Positions 1-10,400 of a DNA stretch of 64,000 nucleotides are shown one piece after another. Where the stretch lies: positions 991 to 64,990 of the forward strand of contig DATJPR010000189.1 of the NCBI GenBank assembly GCA_035506295.1, written 5' to 3'. The stretch is from Bacteroidota bacterium. Lineage in GTDB: Bacteria; Bacteroidota; Ignavibacteria; UBA10030; UBA6906. Under the pieces are notes generated by a model that did no database searches, had not been told where the DNA came from, and saw nothing but the letters and a program-made list of their open reading frames with translations. The first letter of the stretch is position 1. Each line of letters starts with the position of its first letter. The position numbers and the translations under genes were made by a program.

Positions 1-1739
1 TGCAGCTGTTTGAAGCGGTAGAACTCTCCTTTCGCGTGCATGAGCTGATCGTGGGTTCCCGATTCCACGCATGACCCATGCTTCATCACGACAATCCGAT
101 CGGCAGTGCGGATCGTCGAAAGGCGGTGCGCTACGATCAATGTGGTGCGGCCTTTGATCAGCCGCTGGATTGCCTCCTGGATGAGCGACTCGGACACGAC
201 GTCGAGCGATGAGGTCGCCTCATCCAGGACAATCACGCGCGGATCGCGGATGAGCGCCCGGGCGATCGCGATTCTCTGGCGCTGGCCACCGGACAGCCGC
301 GCGCCATGTTCTCCGAGCGGCGTGTCAAGCCCTTCGGGCAATCGCGCAACGAATTCGGCGGCGTTCGCAATCTCCAGGATCTCCCAAATCCGTTGATCGC
401 TCACACCCTCGAGTCCGTACATAATATTCTCGCGCACCGAGCCGGCGAACAACAACGATGACTGCGGGACCACGGCAAGAAACCGGCGGTACTGCCGCAG
501 GTCGAGAGCCTGCATGTCCGCCCCGTCGAGCAGAATCCTCCCGGCTGTCGGCCTCCGGACGCCGATCACCAGGTTCATCAACGTCGACTTCCCTGAGCCG
601 GACTCCCCCACAAACGCCACAGCCTCTCCCGGCCGAATCTCCAGCGAAATGTGCGTCAGCGCTGGTTCGGTCATCCGCTCGTAGGTATACCCCACATCCT
701 CGAAGCGAAACTCACCGCTGACGGATGGCACGGGCCGTTTCCCTTCGTTCTGCTCGACCTCGGACGATTCGAGAATCTCGCTGATCGACCTGACCGATTC
801 GAAACCGCGCGACAGTTCCGGGTAGGAGTTGAGCACGAGATTGACGGCACCGACAATCATCACGAAGTAGCTCTGGAACAAGACGACGTCGCCGATCCCG
901 ATGATCTTGCGGTAAGCGAGGATCGAAGTGAAGATCAGGCACACGAGCATCACGACCTGGAATGACGTCCACGAACTCGCACCGAACACCGCTCCGAGGA
1001 CCTCGAGGCGCACGCCTTTGGATTTCACCGTGGCCAGCCGCGAATTCATCTTGGAGACTTCGACCTTTTCTGCTCCGTGCGCCCGCGTAATGGGAATCAT
1101 CTGGATCATTTCGACCACGCTCGCCGAGAGCGATTCGATTTCGGAGCGGTACTCCATATTGCGGGCGGCCATTTTCTTCGAAAACAGAAATACAAGGCTC
1201 GAGGCCACCGGCACAGAAATAATATAGAAACCCGCGACGAGCGGCTGTTTCACGACCGTCAGGGAGAAGGCGACGATGATCGTCAGGACCGCCGGGAAAA
1301 CGGAATTCATGAGGTTGCGCGAGAGGATCTCCAGCGTCTCCACATCGCGCAGGATCTTTGTCTGGAGCCTTCCCGACTGATAGCGGTCATGGAACGAGAT
1401 GGAAAGTTCCTGGAGCCGCTTGACGATCGAGGATCGAAGCTGCCACTGCATCGTGTTCAATGCGCCGCTGAACACCCGCACATACAACGTGTGCATCGGA
1501 ATATTCTGGATGATGATGACAAAGAAGATTCCGGTCACCAACCAGAGGTCCGAAATCGCATAAGCGCTCGTGTCGCTGATGATGGTGATCATCCGTGCCA
1601 TGACCACGGGGAGAATCCACACGGGCGAATGCTTGATCGCGAACAGGAGGATGGAAAGGAGGAGCTTGAGATACTGCCCTTCGTAAATGCGGAGGAAGTT
1701 CCGGAGAGCACGTCCCTGGGGATTCGCCGTCGGACTCAT
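1..1739 (-). CDS. ABC transporter, fused permease/ATP-binding protein (exporter type); C-terminus runs off the left window edge
   Basis: Absent from the ORF track because there is no stop in the window. My reverse-complement reading gives Walker A AFVGESGSGKST (~582-617). It also gives the ABC signature plus Walker B RLSGGQRQRIAIARALIRDPRVIVLDEATSSLD (~201-299). The ATG at 1739-1737 overlaps the TGA (1738-1736) of the upstream gene. Confidence 0.85.
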   Translation of the reverse strand, partial: MSPTANPQGRALRNFLRIYEGQYLKLLLSILLFAIKHSPVWILPVVMARMITIISDTSAYAISDLWLVTGIFFVIIIQNIPMHTLYVRVFSGALNTMQWQLRSSIVKRLQELSISFHDRYQSGRLQTKILRDVETLEILSRNLMNSVFPAVLTIIVAFSLTVVKQPLVAGFYIISVPVASSLVFLFSKKMAARNMEYRSEIESLSASVVEMIQMIPITRAHGAEKVEVSKMNSRLATVKSKGVRLEVLGAVFGASSWTSFQVVMLVCLIFTSILAYRKIIGIGDVVLFQSYFVMIVGAVNLVLNSYPELSRGFESVRSISEILESSEVEQNEGKRPVPSVSGEFRFEDVGYTYERMTEPALTHISLEIRPGEAVAFVGESGSGKSTLMNLVIGVRRPTAGRILLDGADMQALDLRQYRRFLAVVPQSSLLFAGSVRENIMYGLEGVSDQRIWEILEIANAAEFVARLPEGLDTPLGEHGARLSGGQRQRIAIARALIRDPRVIVLDEATSSLDVVSESLIQEAIQRLIKGRTTLIVAHRLSTIRTADRIVVMKHGSCVESGTHDQLMHAKGEFYRFKQL

Positions 1740-3997
1740 GGCTTCTCCCTGACCTCGAGCACGAGAACTCCGTCCGCCGGGACATCGACATGGAAGGTCG
1801 TGGTCCCTCTGTCATGCGCAAATAGAAGGGATGCATTCGAGAGGATGTCGACGATCTTCACAGGAACAGCCTTGCCGGTGCGAAGTGTGATCGTCCCCGA
1901 TTTGTCAAAGGAGTCGTGGTTCAAAAGATAGACGACCTTTGTGTCCCGTGCAGAATGGACTTTCAAATCCAGTCCCCCTTGTCCTTGAATCTCAAACGTC
2001 GCTTCGGGCCATACCCCGGCGTCGTGCACGAGATCCACGATCGCCCTGCATGCAAGCGTGTCGCGGTTTCCATAGCAGCTCCCCCCGAGGGGAATCGCAC
2101 TCAGAATGGCTCTGCCTTCGCCATAGGGATGAATGATGACCGCAGGAGCGCCATCGTCGACAAATCGTCCCGAGACCTCCACATCCTCCGTCGGTACGAG
2201 GTCATCCCGGAAGAACCTCCCTTCAACAACATACGTTGATGTGTCGGACAACGAATTCATCCTCACCGGGAAGAAACCGTTTTTCCCATCCCAATCTTTA
2301 CGCCGCGCGCCGAACACTTCGTCCAATCCTGCGCCGGGACTCCTGCGGTAGGCAACATCGAATTCGTCAATGGTGGCACTCCGCGCGTCCGCAACGAGCC
2401 GGCCTCCCCGGCGAACATATTCCTTGAGCATTTCCGCGACCCCCCGTCGAACGACGACCTGGAATGGGAGGAAAAGAATGCGATAGCGTTCAAGCTGGTC
2501 GAGCGTTACCCCGCGATCCATGCGCACGAGGTCGACGGGGATATTTTCCTCATACAGCGCTTTAAACAACCCTGCGTTGCTCTCATACATGAAGTTCGTT
2601 GTCAACGGCTCCACCGTCTGCTCGAGGGTTTTCAGCAGTCCGACCATGTCCATGAGGATTGCCACGCGCGGTGTATCCAGTCTGGCCTGGAACAGGATGT
2701 CGCCGTGCTCTTTCAGCACGCGGCCGATTTCCTTCACGGCCTCGCCGCGTGGAGCGAGTTCACCTTCGAGCGTGGTCAGCCCTCGACCCAGCGATTGCCG
2801 GCCCCGTCTGAACGGCTCCCACTTCCAGAAAATGATCCCTTTGCAGTCGTTGGAGAATGCCGTCCACACCAGTGCGTTCATCGCCTTCTTGTCAAGGTAT
2901 CCGTTCAGAGCGAAGCCGTTCTGCGCGAATGTATACATCTCCGTGAGAATGTAGTTCTTTGGCCCCGACGCGCAGCGGATCGTATTCAGTGCGAGATTCT
3001 GGAGCCACGCCGGGCACGGGAGGAGGTTGTGCGTGCGTTCCCAGCCGTCCGGATAGTAGGAGACACCGTTGATATCGTTGAACTCTGTGAATACCCAGTT
3101 ATCGGTTGCATACCATCCGAACTTGCTGAAGTCTGCCCACGGCGTCCCCACAGGGTTGGCGTTCACCGGGTGCACGGTGTCGTACATGCGAAGCGTCGAC
3201 CGCAAGCGCCCCAGCAATGATCCATCCAGCTCGTTACGGAAGAGCGCCCAGTCGATCTGCGGCATCGACGAATGCCAGTTGTCGGTGAGAAACGGCGACA
3301 CCTCATCCCACGCGTGATATGCGTCTCCCCAGACCGTGCCCAGCCTCTCGATTGTCCCGTACTTTTCTCTGAGCCATTTTCTGAATGCCTCCACCGTTCG
3401 GTCCGATGTCGCATGATAGTGAGGCTCGTTCCAGAGATTGTAGAAACTGAGGGCCGGGCTCTTCCCATAACGCGTCGCCACAGCCTTGATATACGACTCG
3501 AGGAGAGGAGAGACTTTGGGATCCACAAAATCGACGTTGTCCCGATTGTTCTTCTCACCGTTGTTCAGGTTGTAGGCGTCCCAGAGACCGTCGATATCCT
3601 TGAATTTCCACGGCGGAAAATAGTAACTGCACTGCTCTTCTTTCAGGAGAATCGGAACGAAATGGAGGTCCGCCTCTTCGATCTTCCTGATCAAGTAGTC
3701 CGTCCGCGTCCAGCGCAGTTCCTGCTTCCCGGGATCCCACTGACTCATCGGAAAGATCATGATCTGGTCGAGATTCGCATCCCTGATTGCAGCGATATCC
3801 TTGTCGACTTGTTGAAAGAACTCCTGGTCGGTTGGATATTCCTCGTGAAAAACATTGTAGACTGTTCCCCAGATCATGTGGTGCTGTATCTGAGCTGGTG
3901 CTTCCGCGGCAAAAAACGGGAGCACAACGATGAGTGCGAGCGTCACACTATGCGGGCAATGCCGGGGCAAGTTCGTCTCTCCTGAGGAGGTGCGCAT
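1736..3997 (-). CDS. Secreted glycoside hydrolase, GH42-like (beta-galactosidase family fold)
   Basis: 753-aa ORF with a hydrophobic N-terminal signal-like segment (VTLALIVVLPFFAAEAPAQ). It has a clan GH-A acid/base-type motif FYNLWNEPHY and a candidate nucleophile YILTEMY. A central-domain pattern RVAILMD...IPVDLV resembles GH42. Family call is from motif recall only. Confidence 0.6.
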   Translation of the reverse strand: MRTSSGETNLPRHCPHSVTLALIVVLPFFAAEAPAQIQHHMIWGTVYNVFHEEYPTDQEFFQQVDKDIAAIRDANLDQIMIFPMSQWDPGKQELRWTRTDYLIRKIEEADLHFVPILLKEEQCSYYFPPWKFKDIDGLWDAYNLNNGEKNNRDNVDFVDPKVSPLLESYIKAVATRYGKSPALSFYNLWNEPHYHATSDRTVEAFRKWLREKYGTIERLGTVWGDAYHAWDEVSPFLTDNWHSSMPQIDWALFRNELDGSLLGRLRSTLRMYDTVHPVNANPVGTPWADFSKFGWYATDNWVFTEFNDINGVSYYPDGWERTHNLLPCPAWLQNLALNTIRCASGPKNYILTEMYTFAQNGFALNGYLDKKAMNALVWTAFSNDCKGIIFWKWEPFRRGRQSLGRGLTTLEGELAPRGEAVKEIGRVLKEHGDILFQARLDTPRVAILMDMVGLLKTLEQTVEPLTTNFMYESNAGLFKALYEENIPVDLVRMDRGVTLDQLERYRILFLPFQVVVRRGVAEMLKEYVRRGGRLVADARSATIDEFDVAYRRSPGAGLDEVFGARRKDWDGKNGFFPVRMNSLSDTSTYVVEGRFFRDDLVPTEDVEVSGRFVDDGAPAVIIHPYGEGRAILSAIPLGGSCYGNRDTLACRAIVDLVHDAGVWPEATFEIQGQGGLDLKVHSARDTKVVYLLNHDSFDKSGTITLRTGKAVPVKIVDILSNASLLFAHDRGTTTFHVDVPADGVLVLEVREKP

Positions 3998-4136
3998 CGA
4001 ATACTACGAGATGGGACCTTCACATTCAACCGGCAATTCGACGAAGCGGCGACGAAAAACTTTCTTCCTGGAGAAGGAACGCTTGCAAAGACAGTTTGCC
4101 GTCTTTATCTTCAAGACGACTTCGAGGCATAGAACC

Positions 4137-4715
4137 ATGGATGACAGCAGCAAATACTCGCGGCGAGAGTTCCTCACCATAGCGGCACTGGGCGCAGGTT
4201 CCCTGACACTTGCCGGCAGCGGCCTGAGCATGTTGGAAGGATGCGCAAGTCCCGGCGGCACCGACAGGAACTTTCTCACCGACCCTGAATACCGGTTGAT
4301 GGAAGCGATCGCGGAACAGATCATTCCCACCGATGAATGGCCGGGAGGGCGCGATGCAGGAGTGGCGAATTTCATCGACATCCAGCTTGCCGGCCCCTAC
4401 AAGCGATTTCAGAGCGTCTATCGAAAAGGGTTGAAAGCAATCGAGGACTCCTGCGTCCAGAGCCACGGAGGAAAGTTCGAGGATCTGTCCTGGGATACCC
4501 AGACGAACTTTCTCCAGGACATGGAGGCGGGACGATTGAGCGGCGATGTTTGGGCTAACGGATTTGCCCCCAGATTTTTTGAGCTGCTTCGTTCACATTC
4601 CCTGCAAGGGTACTACGGAAGCCCGAGGCACGGTGGAAACAAGAACTTCGTGAGCTATAGGATGATGGGACTTGACGAAATCCAAACCGTCGGACAGAAC
4701 CGCTATGGGGCATGA
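4137..4715 (+). CDS. Gluconate 2-dehydrogenase subunit 3-family small subunit with twin-arginine (Tat) signal
   Basis: SRREFLTIAALGAGSL is a textbook Tat motif. The C-terminal LQGYYGSPRHGGNKN is typical of this small-subunit family. I chose ATG 4137 (Met70 of tracked ORF 3930..4715) because it starts directly before the Tat signal. Confidence 0.8.
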   Translation: MDDSSKYSRREFLTIAALGAGSLTLAGSGLSMLEGCASPGGTDRNFLTDPEYRLMEAIAEQIIPTDEWPGGRDAGVANFIDIQLAGPYKRFQSVYRKGLKAIEDSCVQSHGGKFEDLSWDTQTNFLQDMEAGRLSGDVWANGFAPRFFELLRSHSLQGYYGSPRHGGNKNFVSYRMMGLDEIQTVGQNRYGA

Positions 4716-4718
4716 CCT

Positions 4719-6374
4719 ATGAGCAACTCTCACGTGAATGCCATTGTGGTGGGAGCGGGGGCGGGCGGCGGTGTTGTCGCGAAAGAACTGAGCGAAGCCG
4801 GGATGTCTGTTGTCCTCTTCGAGCGCGGAGATTGGGTTCCCTTTGAAGCGCACGATACGGACGAGCTCGTCTCACAACGGACGACAGTCTTGGGAAACGC
4901 TTTCGGACCCGACGACGAACACTATCGACGGGTCGTCGTCAACGCCGACGGATCGACGGTTACGGTGTTGCCCAGCGAGAACGATTACAACAATGTCGCC
5001 GCTTGTGTCGGCTCCGGCACGGTCAGCTACGGGGCGATGGCATGGAGATTCATGGCCGAGGATTTCCGTATGAAATCCATCTATGGGACGGTCGAAGGGT
5101 CCACGCTCGATGACTGGCCGATCTCTTATGACGACCTCGAACCGTGTTATGAGAAAGCCGAATGGGAAATCGGCGTCGCAGGTGATGCGGGTGGAAACCC
5201 GTTTGCGGCCCCTCGCCGGAAGCCCTATCCGATGCCGCCATTCGCGTACAACAAGGAAGCGAAGATGCTGGAAACGGCGATGGATGGGATGGGATTGCAT
5301 CCGTTTCCGATACCCATGCTGAGGAATTCCGTCCCTTTCAACGATCGACCCGCGTGCGTTCGCCGACGTTCGTGCTGTGGCTTCGCCTGCCCGCTCAATG
5401 CAAAATCGGGGACACACAATACGGTCATCCCCAAAGCCCTGTCGACAGGCAATTGCGAACTTCGGACGAACTGCGTCGTGAGCGAAATTACGGTGACCGA
5501 CTCGGGACGACCCAACGGCGTCATCTACTTCGATCGCGACAATCACAAGCAGTCGCAGACAGCAGATGTCATCGTCGTCGCCGCCTCGGCAACGGAATCT
5601 GCAAGACTCCTGCTGAATTCGACATCGAAGTTCTTCCCCTCCGGTGTCGGCAATCGCCACGATTGGGTCGGCCGGAATTTCCAGGGACATGCCTATACGG
5701 GCGCGTTCGGACTTTTTGAGGAAGACATCTTCGATGATGTCGGCCCGGGGGCGTCGATCGCCATAAGCGATTTCAGCCATCACAACGCTGGGATCATCGG
5801 CGGGGGAATTCTGGCGAACGAATTCACGCGTCTTCCCTATTTCTTTACCGCCATCCGCCCACCCGGCTCTCCCACGTGGGGCAAAGCACACAAGGCATTT
5901 CAACGGAAGTACTTCCGAAGGAACGTCCAGGTCGTTGGGCCGATCCAGGAGATGCCGGTGTTCGACTCCCGCGTCCAGGTCGACCCCTCGGTGCGGGATT
6001 TCTGGGGGATACCTGTCGTCCGCCTCTCTGGGACCCGTCATCCAAGAGATTTCGAAGGCTGCAAGTTCCTCTCAGGCAAGGCCGAGGACATCCTGAAGGC
6101 TGCGGGTGCAGCGATCACCTGGCAGAGTGTTGGCGGTCGGGGCCTGAGCGGCGGACAGCACCAAGCAGGGACGTGCAGAATGGGGAACGACCCGCTGACG
6201 TCGGTCACCGACAAGTACGGGCGCGTTCATGAGACGCCCAACGTATTCGTGGCGGACGCAAGTCTCCATGTCACCAACGGCGGCTTCAACCCCGCGCTCA
6301 CCATCATGGCGTTGGGCTATTGGGTGGGTGGACATATTGCGAAGGAATGGAAGGGAGGGAACCGGTTTGCCTAG
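4719..6374 (+). CDS. GMC-family FAD-dependent oxidoreductase (flavoprotein dehydrogenase large subunit), no own signal peptide
   Basis: N-terminal Rossmann FAD motif AIVVGAGAGGGVVAKELSEAGMSVVLFERG. The C-terminal GTCRMG...ADASLHVTNGGFNPALTIMAL is typical of GMC_oxred_C. It starts 3 nt after the small subunit's stop. Confidence 0.85.
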   Translation: MSNSHVNAIVVGAGAGGGVVAKELSEAGMSVVLFERGDWVPFEAHDTDELVSQRTTVLGNAFGPDDEHYRRVVVNADGSTVTVLPSENDYNNVAACVGSGTVSYGAMAWRFMAEDFRMKSIYGTVEGSTLDDWPISYDDLEPCYEKAEWEIGVAGDAGGNPFAAPRRKPYPMPPFAYNKEAKMLETAMDGMGLHPFPIPMLRNSVPFNDRPACVRRRSCCGFACPLNAKSGTHNTVIPKALSTGNCELRTNCVVSEITVTDSGRPNGVIYFDRDNHKQSQTADVIVVAASATESARLLLNSTSKFFPSGVGNRHDWVGRNFQGHAYTGAFGLFEEDIFDDVGPGASIAISDFSHHNAGIIGGGILANEFTRLPYFFTAIRPPGSPTWGKAHKAFQRKYFRRNVQVVGPIQEMPVFDSRVQVDPSVRDFWGIPVVRLSGTRHPRDFEGCKFLSGKAEDILKAAGAAITWQSVGGRGLSGGQHQAGTCRMGNDPLTSVTDKYGRVHETPNVFVADASLHVTNGGFNPALTIMALGYWVGGHIAKEWKGGNRFA

Positions 6375-6404
6375 TCAACGCACCGATCGGAGCTCTCAAC
6401 AGGC

Positions 6405-7478
6405 ATGCTCATGAAATCTCCCCGCAGATTGTTGAATCGCATCGTAGTCATCGGAGGCTCCCTCCTCCTCGTGTTGGCCGGACTTGATGTGGTGTGGGAC
6501 ACCGCTTCGCCGCAAACGACGTGTGCGTCCTGCCACGAGATCGAAAGCTCATCGGCGGTCTGGGCGATGAGCGGCCACCGATCGTTCGGCTGCAAGGAGT
6601 GCCACGGCACGGCGTTCAGCAACGGGCTCCATAGCGTTCTTGAGAAAGGAAGCATGGTGGTCCACCACTTCACCGGCACCGCAGAGCAGGACGTGCGCCT
6701 CGACGAATCCCAGGTCGTGGAGATGATGGACAACTGCAAGAGGTGTCACGGCATGGAATACGCCAAATGGACGTCCGGCGGTCACTCCGCGACCTATGCG
6801 GCGATCTTTCTCAACGAAAAGCATAACGCCCGGGAGCAGCCGAACGCCGATTGCTTGCGGTGTCATGGGATGTATTTCGAGGGGACCATTCAGGACCTCG
6901 TTACGCCGGTCAGCACCAAAGGCCCATGGACGATCAAAACTCCCGGCGAGGCCCCGCGCCCTGCCATCCCTTGCCTCTCCTGCCACCAGATCCATCGACG
7001 GGGAACGCCCGCTGTAGCCCCGGACTATGCCGATCCCAAGAAGATTTTCTACGCGACGCCTACCGATTCGACGAACGTGCTCTATTACTATCGCTACGAA
7101 AAGACCAGCATCGAAGTGTCAGCGCTACCGGTGGTGACCGTTTACGACGGAGGAAAGGCAGTGAAGGGATCGACGGATCCACGGGAACGGGTCTGCTTGC
7201 AGTGTCACGCGCCGAACGCGTTTCATGCGGCGGGGACGGACGACGACAGAACACCACGCGGTGTGCATGAGGGGATCAGTTGCCTGGCATGCCACGACAG
7301 CCATAGCAACAGCGCGCGGCAGAGCTGCATCCGGTGCCACCCGGCGATTTCCAACTGCGGTTTGGATGTGACGAAGATGAATACGACGTTTGCCGACGGT
7401 AAGAGTCCGCACAATATCCATTTTGTGCGGTGCGAGGATTGCCACACGAAGGGGGTCCCGCCCAGGAAACGCCGGTAA
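6405..7478 (+). CDS. Membrane-anchored nine-haem c-type cytochrome (NapC/NirT-like N-terminus)
   Basis: One N-terminal TM helix (IVVIGGSLLLVLAGLDVVW) followed by nine CXXCH motifs: CASCH, CKECH, CKRCH, CLRCH, CLSCH, CLQCH, CLACH, CIRCH, CEDCH. Confidence 0.85.
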   Translation: MLMKSPRRLLNRIVVIGGSLLLVLAGLDVVWDTASPQTTCASCHEIESSSAVWAMSGHRSFGCKECHGTAFSNGLHSVLEKGSMVVHHFTGTAEQDVRLDESQVVEMMDNCKRCHGMEYAKWTSGGHSATYAAIFLNEKHNAREQPNADCLRCHGMYFEGTIQDLVTPVSTKGPWTIKTPGEAPRPAIPCLSCHQIHRRGTPAVAPDYADPKKIFYATPTDSTNVLYYYRYEKTSIEVSALPVVTVYDGGKAVKGSTDPRERVCLQCHAPNAFHAAGTDDDRTPRGVHEGISCLACHDSHSNSARQSCIRCHPAISNCGLDVTKMNTTFADGKSPHNIHFVRCEDCHTKGVPPRKRR

Positions 7479-7479
7479 T

Positions 7480-10400
7480 TCAGCCTGGGAATTCGATCTG
7501 GAACGAAGTCCCGCCTGTTCTCTCCAGCCTGATCGTCCCCGAAATCTGTTCGGTCAGGGATACAATCAGCGTCATTCCCATCGACCGCATCTCGCGGAAA
7601 TCCTTGTCGACAGGAAATCCCTTCCCATCGTCGCTGACGCGGAGCCGGATCAGCTCCGGGCCACCCCGTGAGAGGGTGACCGTCACCGATCCTTCCCGTC
7701 CGTCCGAAAATCCGTGTTTGAGCGCGTTGGTGACAAGCTCGTTGACGATCAGGCCGCAAGGGATCGCCGTGTCGATCTGCAGGCGGATGGGTTCGACCTG
7801 CGGCACGATGCTCACACCGCCCACGCCGAACGACCGACGGAGGTCTCTGGTCACCGCCTTGATATATTCGCCGAAGTCGACACTGGAAAGATTATCGGCC
7901 TGATACAGCTTTTCGTGGATGAGCGCCATGGCGCGGACACGCTGCTGGCTTTCGCCCAACAGTCCCCGGAGCTTCTGGTCCTGGACTTCCCCCGCCTGCA
8001 GGCTGAGCAGACTCGAGACCACCTGAAGGTTGTTCTTCACGCGATGGTGGATCTCCTTGAGCAACACCTCTTTCTCATGGAGCGACACCTTCACCAGTTC
8101 CTCCGCGCGCTTCCGCTCCGTGATGTCGATCGCGACGCCCAGCATCTGATCGGCCTTCCCTGATTCCGACACGATCGGGATCTTGATGACCTGCTTCCAG
8201 TGTTTCTCGCCCGTGCTGTCCGTGAACTCTTCCTCCGGATCGAACTTCTCCTTGAGGGTGTCCATGACCTGGAGGTCGTCCTGCCGGAACTTGTTCACCT
8301 GGTCCTTGTTGCTGTTGAAATCCGCGTCGGTCTTGCCGACGAGGTCCTCCGCCTCAGCCCCGTACTCGGATGCCAGGGCGCGATTCGCGAGCGTGAATCG
8401 TCCTTCCCGGTCCTTCGCGAAAATGAAACTGGGGTTAAGATCGATGATTGTTCGCAGAAACGATCGCTGGCTCTGCAATTCTTTCGTGCGTTGTTGCACC
8501 AGCTCTTCCAGTTGACGCCCGCGTTGCTTTAACGTCTTCACTCTCAACCGGAAGGCACCCGCGATGACGAGCGCCCCGGCGAACACGCAGAGGCCGTAGA
8601 ACCAGATGGACTGGATGAACCGGGGAGCGACGGTAAACTCGAGGCTCGCCCCCTGCTCATTCCACACGCCGTCATTGTTGCAGGCGATCACGCGGAAGGT
8701 GTAGCGATCCGGACGCAACCCGGTGTAATAGGCAACACGACGGGTATCGGCATTGACCCAGTCCCGGTCGTACCCTTCGAGCCTATACTTGAAATGCACC
8801 CTGGTCGGAACAAGGAGACTGAGTGCTGTATAATGAATCTCGAATTTGTCACCTCCCGGCGGTATCGCGATGGCGCCGTTGAGAGGCACGTCGTGTTCGT
8901 CGACAACAAGATTCTCAATGAGCACCGGTGGAGGGATCGTATTCGTCTTCAGGGTCTTCGGGTCGATGACCACCGCGCCCTTCTTCGTGGGGAACCACAA
9001 CCGGCCGTCCTGCGCCTTCCACCCTGCCGGTTGCCAGAGATTGAAACACTCATCCGTCTTCATCCCGTCGGCGGTTTCGAAGACACGGGTATGAAACGAC
9101 GTAATGCGCTTCGCGGCGAAATCGTCCAGTTCCTTTCGGCTCACAAGGCCGATCCCTCTCGGGCTGCTCAACCAGAGGTCGCCGTTGTCGTCCGCCAACG
9201 CACAATCGATCTCATTGGTGAAGAGGCCGTCGCGAGTTGTATGGGGAATGAACTTGCCACTCATATATCGCGTCACACCGGCGTGAGGCGAGGTGAACCA
9301 GAGAGATCCGTGGTGATCATCAAGGATCGAATTCACGAAGACGTCCACCAGGCCGTCGGAGGTGCTGAAGCTCTGCATCTCCCCGTTCTCAATCCTCAAA
9401 AGGCCGTTTGACGTCCCGATCCACAGAACGCCGTCATCTCCGCAGTACATCGACGAAACATATTCCGTGGACGTGTACGGTCCGCTCTTGAGAAGGAACG
9501 GAGACAGACGACCGTCCCTGAACCTCCGGAGGCCGATCTCATCAATATAGATGAGAAGTCCTCCCTGGTCTTCGCCGATTGCGGTGATCCACCGGTTCGG
9601 CATTCCGCCCGCGGTATCGTACCGGGTGATGCGGGCGTTGTCGATCTTCTCTAACAAACCTGTTTGCCCGATCCAGATCGACCCGTCTTTGGAGAGGAAT
9701 GCCGGCCCCACCGAGGTCTTGAGGACCGTGCTCTTTCCATTGGTCAGATGCGTGACCAAGGAGGAAACATCGCTGAGGAAGTACATGCTGCCGTCGGGGG
9801 CCTGAAGAATGCTGGAGACATGATCGCTGGCGAGACCCTCCTTTGTCGTAAAGGGGGTGATCGGAACATCTTTGAGCCGGTCGAGCCCCTCGGAGGTGCC
9901 GATCCAGAGACTCCCTTCCCGGTCTTCCAGAAGAGACGACACGTTGTTGCCGGTAAGACCGTCCACGGCAGTAAACGACGTCCATCGTCCATTCAGCAGC
10001 CGATTCAACCCACCGCTGTTCGTTCCCACCCAGAGATTACCGTCGCGGTCCTCGCATATGGCCGTGACATACGAATCGGTCATCCCTTCGGAGGTGGAGT
10101 ACGCGCGGAAAGAATTTCCGTCATAGCAGAACAACCCGTTGAACGTACCGATCCAGATTCTCCCCTGATGGTCGACATACACCGACGTTGTCACCTGATT
10201 CCGGGTGCCAGCAGTGATGGGCACCTCCCGGGCTTCCCGCCCGTTTTCGAAAACGCGCAGGCCCCCATACGTCCCGACCCATAGTCGCCCCGCACGATCT
10301 TCCGCGAGTGAACTGATGTACTTCGGTTCAATGGGGATCGATGTGAATTCGCCGTTACTGAATCTGTACAGTCCCGATGATGTGCCGAGCCAGACATGTC

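Noticed and set aside
3930-4136. Upstream extension of the Tat-signal small-subunit ORF.
   Set aside because: It would bury the twin-arginine signal 70 residues inside the protein, and it overlaps the divergent GH42-like gene start region. ATG 4137 is the sensible start.
4225-4240. Possible lipobox (LEGC) after the Tat signal of the small subunit.
   Set aside because: Glu at position -2 is atypical for lipoboxes, so the signal may simply be cleaved by signal peptidase I. This cannot be decided without a predictor.
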